Of a DNA stretch of 64,000 nucleotides, positions 59,690 through 64,000 are shown in pieces; position 1 is the first letter of the stretch, and the number at the start of each line of letters is the position of its first letter. The notes under the pieces are model-generated. The model was not told where the DNA came from. It did not search any database and worked only from the letters and a program-made list of their open reading frames with translations. This DNA is from Halobacteriovoraceae bacterium. Its GTDB lineage: Bacteria; Bdellovibrionota; Bacteriovoracia; Bacteriovoracales; Bacteriovoracaceae. The stretch spans positions 1,088,001 through 1,152,000 of the forward strand of contig CAVRCF010000001.1 of NCBI GenBank assembly GCA_963719505.1, read 5' to 3'. A program made the position numbers and the translations under genes.

Positions 59690-59983
59690 TTACCTAAATG
59701 TTAAAAGAGAATTTATTTTAAATTTTATATCTTGGGAGATCGTTATAAGATCTCCCTTTTTATTTATACAGAGATTAAGAAACCTCTGATCGTAAGCAGC
59801 TTCAATGCAGTCTCCCTTTTTTATCTGAATAAGATCACCAGGTATAGAATAGCGTTCAATGAAAATTGACTTCACCCAAAGGGCGTTTTCAATCGAATCA
59901 TTTTCATACTTAATATTAATTTGGGACGCCAATACTAAGTTGAAAGCTGAAACTAATATCAAAAGACTAAAAAATGACTTCAT
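59690..59983 (-). CDS. Small exported protein of the tad locus
   Basis: Signal peptide, Cys pair, overlap-coupled to upstream gene. Confidence 0.65.
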   Translation of the reverse strand: MKSFFSLLILVSAFNLVLASQINIKYENDSIENALWVKSIFIERYSIPGDLIQIKKGDCIEAAYDQRFLNLCINKKGDLITISQDIKFKINSLLTFR

Positions 59984-60458
59984 AGGACCTTCTTTTGCGA
60001 GATTTGGTGATTTTTAGGTTTGTGGGGTAAAACAGAAAGCTTTTTGATAAGTTTATTCGTTTTGCGTCTTCAGCGTGTATGTGAATCATGTATTCAGAAG
60101 TGATTACACTTGTTCCTAAGATTTGACCTTGATCACCTTCAATCTTTTCTAAAACAAAAACATTCTTAAAGATAGTTTGGTTATCTTTAGATATCATCTG
60201 TACTGGAACTCTGCTATCGAGAGAGGTTTTGTTTTCAGCATTAACTTTGAGTAAAATATAGTCTGCTCTAGGGTTTGAGCTTTGAGAGTTTTTCGGATTT
60301 TTCGGTGTTGAACTCGAAAGTAAAAAGACAGACGCATTGCTAAGGAAGAGGACAAAGAGAAATTTAATTTTTATAGAGCGACTAATACTTTTATTTTCCA
60401 TATTTATCCTCCAGCTTTTTCCACTTCGACATAAATATCCGGGTATTTTGAACTTCAA
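59967..60458 (-). CDS. Tad-locus membrane-anchored protein (CpaB position)
   Basis: One TM; likely start MENKS after GGAGG; function inferred from position only. Confidence 0.55.
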   Translation of the reverse strand: MKFKIPGYLCRSGKSWRINMENKSISRSIKIKFLFVLFLSNASVFLLSSSTPKNPKNSQSSNPRADYILLKVNAENKTSLDSRVPVQMISKDNQTIFKNVFVLEKIEGDQGQILGTSVITSEYMIHIHAEDAKRINLSKSFLFYPTNLKITKSRKRRSYEVIF

Positions 60459-60645
60459 CTTTATGAAGATTTGAATAGATCTTAAAAAGAGAAAAAATAG
60501 AAAGAGTAATAAAAGAGCACAGTATAAGTATCTCTGTCTGACCTTGACCTTTTTGTTTTAGTAGAAACTTATTTGGGTCTTTATGGCCTTTAAATGCATT
60601 TTTGACCTTATGAGGTTTGATTTGTTCCCACTTGAATATCCCCAT
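60391..60645 (-). CDS. Pseudopilin (TadE-like)
   Basis: Class III signal KG|QGQTE followed by a hydrophobic helix. Confidence 0.65.
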   Translation of the reverse strand: MGIFKWEQIKPHKVKNAFKGHKDPNKFLLKQKGQGQTEILILCSFITLSIFSLFKIYSNLHKVEVQNTRIFMSKWKKLEDKYGK

Positions 60646-61100
60646 TCTTTTCTCCTTTTAGCTACAGTACCGCTTTTATTTCGTCTTAATTTAACGACCG
60701 CAGATGTCTGGTAGAAAGTTTTAGCGACATTTGGAGTGAATAAACATGATCGATTGAATAAAGTGGCAATATTTTTCAAAAATGAAAGGTGATAGATATC
60801 CTGTGTTTTTTGAGTTAATGTCTTGGCCCTTTGAGCATTAATAGTGACTGCTGGGTTTGTGATAAGCCCAACCATCTGACCTAGGTTCGCCAAATTAATA
60901 ATATTGTTGGTGAGCTCTATCATTTTTTTATGACTTGTTATAAGTCCATTAGCTTCTTTTACGCAGAGAAAATTTTGAAAAGTTCTTTTATGTCTTTTTA
61001 TATCGTTTGATTTTTTTATGATGGCCAAGCTGCCTATGCTAATAATTGAAAGTAAGAAGACCAGTCCTAGCGATGTAATATTTCCTTTTTCATTAATCAT
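60558..61100 (-). CDS. Pseudopilin-like protein (TadG-like)
   Basis: NEKG|NITSLGLVFLL. Confidence 0.6.
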   Translation of the reverse strand: MINEKGNITSLGLVFLLSIISIGSLAIIKKSNDIKRHKRTFQNFLCVKEANGLITSHKKMIELTNNIINLANLGQMVGLITNPAVTINAQRAKTLTQKTQDIYHLSFLKNIATLFNRSCLFTPNVAKTFYQTSAVVKLRRNKSGTVAKRRKEWGYSSGNKSNLIRSKMHLKAIKTQISFY

Positions 61101-61338
61101 TGCTAAGACTCCCTTCTAATTTAAAGCGCAGTGAATTCCCTTCAAAAATACAGAAATAAGGCAAGCGGGAGAGTTTTCGAAAATCTGAGCTTTTAGAGCC
61201 TGTTTGTGAAAGTACTTTGAAAAGATCCCTCTCTGTTTGTCTTCGATGACATTCAATCTTACGAAGAGTTTTTTGAAATGAGCTAAAAAATCCAATAAAG
61301 AGTATGAAGGCCAAAAGAGTTGAGAACAGATAGCTCAC
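61093..61338 (-). CDS. Small tad-locus membrane protein
   Basis: GTG overlaps the flp stop; N-terminal TM, Cys pair. Confidence 0.6.
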   Translation of the reverse strand: MSYLFSTLLAFILFIGFFSSFQKTLRKIECHRRQTERDLFKVLSQTGSKSSDFRKLSRLPYFCIFEGNSLRFKLEGSLSND

Positions 61339-61517
61339 TAGTTAATTTTAATCTCTTTTACAATCTTGCTATTCATCTGCTCAAGTCTCGTATCAAGACT
61401 TTTCCCAATTTTTTTAACAGCAGCAAGGCAAAAAATTCCTATGAGACTGGTGATTAAGATGTATTCCATTACACCTTGGCCCTTTTGATTTCTCAATAAT
61501 CCTACTTTTTTAGTCAT
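61338..61517 (-). CDS. flp: Flp (type IVb) pilin (not in ORF track)
   Basis: AGGAG RBS; MTKKVGLLRNQKG|QGVMEYILITSLIGIFCLAAVKKIG...IKIN, 59 aa. Confidence 0.9.
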   Translation of the reverse strand: MTKKVGLLRNQKGQGVMEYILITSLIGIFCLAAVKKIGKSLDTRLEQMNSKIVKEIKIN

Positions 61518-61588
61518 TCTTATCTCCTGGTTTAATCTTTCTTGTAAATGCTGTTAAATCCCATTTAAAGGGCATCTACCTAAATGGT

Positions 61589-61605
61589 TGCATAAATGAT
61601 TCCAA
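61589..61605 (-). promoter_or_regulatory. sigma54-type promoter of the flp/tad operon
   Basis: TTGGAATCATTTATGCA, GG-N10-GC. Confidence 0.6.
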
Positions 61606-61731
61606 GAAATCTGAACTATAACTGATTGAAAATTATGAAAACAGGAGTCTTTTAGTGGTGAAATAAATGAACTAGGGTGATTTAATTCATTTACTTGTTG
61701 CTCCTTACATAGGGGCAGTTAAAATAGAAAT

Positions 61732-62409
61732 ATGGATATAGAAGACAAAAGCAAATTATTCGTTTTCGAGAAAAAAGAAGTCATTCTTATTTTCGTTTTT
61801 ATGGTCGTGATAACCATCACTGCTTTTACACTAGGTGTAAGAGTTGGGAAGGGAATTTTTATTGAATCCGTAGGAATTACGAAACCAGATATTCAAAAAA
61901 CAATTGATTTAAAGTCAGTAGAAGAAGAAGGGGCTGACGAAATTGGAACGGGGACAAGTTTAGAAGAATCTCTGAATGAGGGTCCTAAAGAAGATCTAAC
62001 TCAAAAAGTAATTGAAGAAAAATTAAATAGCGAATTTGGCAGTATTGCAAATGACGATGTTCCTGGGCAAGTGCCGGTAGAGTCTCCTTCGATCTCTCCT
62101 GATCCAATGGATACCTTAACTGAGCCAGAAGCTCCTGAAGAGCTCTTTGTTGACGGTGATGCAAACGCAGGTAAGTTTACAATTCAATTAGTTTCCTTGG
62201 AGACACGAGCTGAAGCAGAGAAGTATGCGGAGCCCTTCGTTGCCGCTAGCTATACAGCCGTCATCAATAAAGCAAGTGTTCCTGGAAAAGGAACTTGGTA
62301 CAGAGTGGGTATTGGTCTTTTTGATACTCAAGAGGAAGCGAAGAGCTATCTTGAACAAGAGAAATCTCTCTTTAGAGGAAAGAAATACTTAATAAATCAA
62401 ATTAAATAA
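61732..62409 (+). CDS. SPOR-domain protein
   Basis: N-terminal TM, acidic linker, FTIQLVS..GTWYRVGIG. Confidence 0.88.
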   Translation: MDIEDKSKLFVFEKKEVILIFVFMVVITITAFTLGVRVGKGIFIESVGITKPDIQKTIDLKSVEEEGADEIGTGTSLEESLNEGPKEDLTQKVIEEKLNSEFGSIANDDVPGQVPVESPSISPDPMDTLTEPEAPEELFVDGDANAGKFTIQLVSLETRAEAEKYAEPFVAASYTAVINKASVPGKGTWYRVGIGLFDTQEEAKSYLEQEKSLFRGKKYLINQIK

Positions 62410-62453
62410 TCTGGAGAAAGGTCAAGCGTTTTCCAGATCATCCTTCGAATATT

Positions 62454-62488
62454 GGCCCCGATAGTCGTGTGTTGGGGCCTTTTTTTTT
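62454..62488 (+). terminator. Terminator hairpin
   Basis: GGCCCC...GGGGCC followed by a T-run. Confidence 0.7.
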
Positions 62489-63782
62489 ATTCAGTTGCTC
62501 GTTTATAGACTTTATCAACTTGGGATAGAAATGTGTTTCTCAACATCACTTCGTCCATTTGTTCGATCTTCTTAAAATCTGTTTTTTCAAACTTTCCAGA
62601 GTCTTTTAGAATCTCAAAAAACTCTTCTTTTGTTTTTGCTTCAAAAGATGCTTTTTGAGTTTCAGTATAAATTTCTTCTCTTGAAAGATCATTTTCTTCA
62701 ATAATCTTATGAAGGATAAAACTAGAAATATATTTAAACTGAGAAAATACTTTTGTCTGAATGGTCGTTTTATTAACAACAAGATTCTCGATTGTTGAAT
62801 TCATTCTTTTAAGAGCGTAAAAAAGAAGGCCAAAATTATCGGGTAAAAATATTCTCTCAGCCGAGCTGTGAGAGATATCACGTTCATGCCAAAGTGGTAT
62901 ATTTTCCATCGCAATAAGAACATGTGATCGGATAACGCGTGAAAGACCGGAGATATTTTCGGCTGAGACAGGATTTTTTTTATGAGGCATTATACTAGAA
63001 CCCTTCTGACCCTTAGAGAATCCTTCGAAGACTTCTGCAATGTCTGAGTGATGAAGAAGTCTGATTTCAACAGCAAGCCTCTCTAGTGCCGTTGCAGTAA
63101 GAGCATTAATGGAGACAAGTTTGGCGATTCTATCTCTTGGAATAATTTGAGAAGAAACAGGTTCAACTTTTAATCCAAGACTTTCCATTGCATTTTTTTC
63201 GATTTCACAGTTTAAAACGGTATAATTTCCCACCGCTCCAGAAAGTTGGCCTGTTAGCTCGTTATCATAAAAAGATTGAAGGTCTTCTAAGCGTCTTTTT
63301 AACTCGCTATAGTGAGAGAGAAATTTTTGTCCAAAGCTCATCGGTTCCGCGTTCATGCCATGGCTTCTTCCCATGCAGATAGTATACTTAGAGTCTTCCG
63401 CTTTAACCTTCAAGGTTGCCGTGAGTTTTGTGAGTTGTTTTATGACAAGGCCAGTTGATTTCTTAATTTGTAGTGTAAGTGCGGTGTCAATAATATCAGA
63501 TGAAGTACAACCAAAATGAAAAAACTTTCCTATCTCAGGAGGAAGATTCTCTGTAATCGAGGTACAAAACGCGATCACATCATGCTTGGTTGTTTTTTCA
63601 ATCTCTGCAATTCTTTCAGGATCAATTTTTGCTTTCTCTGATACGACATCAGCTGTTCCTACAGGTATTCTATTGCCTTCAAGTGCTTTAAGCAAAGCAA
63701 TCTCAACCTCCAGGTAGGTCTTAAACTTATTATAGTCAGACCATATGTCGGAGATCTCTGGTGAGTCGTATCGAGATATCAT
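62487..63782 (-). CDS. purB: Adenylosuccinate lyase
   Basis: MISRY, TKHDVIAF, GRSHG, GSSIMPHKKNP, WHERDISHSS. Confidence 0.96.
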   Translation of the reverse strand: MISRYDSPEISDIWSDYNKFKTYLEVEIALLKALEGNRIPVGTADVVSEKAKIDPERIAEIEKTTKHDVIAFCTSITENLPPEIGKFFHFGCTSSDIIDTALTLQIKKSTGLVIKQLTKLTATLKVKAEDSKYTICMGRSHGMNAEPMSFGQKFLSHYSELKRRLEDLQSFYDNELTGQLSGAVGNYTVLNCEIEKNAMESLGLKVEPVSSQIIPRDRIAKLVSINALTATALERLAVEIRLLHHSDIAEVFEGFSKGQKGSSIMPHKKNPVSAENISGLSRVIRSHVLIAMENIPLWHERDISHSSAERIFLPDNFGLLFYALKRMNSTIENLVVNKTTIQTKVFSQFKYISSFILHKIIEENDLSREEIYTETQKASFEAKTKEEFFEILKDSGKFEKTDFKKIEQMDEVMLRNTFLSQVDKVYKRATE

Positions 63783-63802
63783 TTATTTCCTTTTTTTTAT
63801 TT

Positions 63803-64000
63803 TTAAAAGTAGTAGCCAAAGTCAAAGCCAACTGTTGTCCATCTAAAGACTAAGGAGCGATCTTGTTTTTTCTCGTCATCAGTCGCCTCTCTGACAACGG
63901 AGGCAATATTGTAGCCAATCTTAAAGTTTACAAAGAGTGCTTCGCTCATTCTTCTTTCTATAGAGTATTCAGTCGTTAATCCATAGCCTGCATATTCTTT
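63803..64000 (-). CDS. C-terminal part of an outer-membrane beta-barrel protein (5' end outside the window)
   Basis: Open frame KEYAGYG...FRWTTVGFDFGYYF*. Confidence 0.75.
   Translation of the reverse strand, partial: KEYAGYGLTTEYSIERRMSEALFVNFKIGYNIASVVREATDDEKKQDRSLVFRWTTVGFDFGYYF

Noticed and set aside
2763-63382. Many 60-105 aa ORFs overlapping long genes (e.g. 2763, 7635, 14237, 23093, 34142, 51197, 63188)
   Set aside because: Shadow or alternate-frame ORFs with no RBS or motif support

Overview
A 64-kb, AT-rich, gene-dense bacterial chromosome segment. Gene content (divergent Flp/Tad pilus locus, many secreted hydrolases, FecR-domain and TPR-barrel proteins, many OmpR-family regulators, tRNA-Arg(UCG)) suggests a predatory Bdellovibrionota member (Bacteriovoracaceae/Halobacteriovorax-like); this is inference, not a database result. 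Housekeeping genes include gloB, bcp, a parvulin, plsC, sodB, ssb, an RlmI-like methyltransferase, ettA, a glutaminase and purB. No CRISPR array, integrase, IS or rRNA was seen. Most notable: (1) a left-edge operon led by a 1243-aa fusion of a circularly permuted ATP-grasp ligase, a degenerate alpha-E domain and an HExxH peptidase, followed by an unknown membrane protein and a beta-barrel-like protein; (2) an unannotated 43-aa basic gene nested antisense in the 5' end of the Tad secretin ORF; (3) a tRNA-adjacent two-component cluster containing an internally deleted kinase pseudogene; (4) sigma54- and sigma28-type promoters in front of secreted effector-like genes; (5) a possible sRNA or decayed gene divergent from a two-component pair. 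Genes missing from the ORF track and found by reading: 1-485, 59534-59665, the Flp pilin at 61338-61517, and 63803-64000. All product calls come from motif recognition only.
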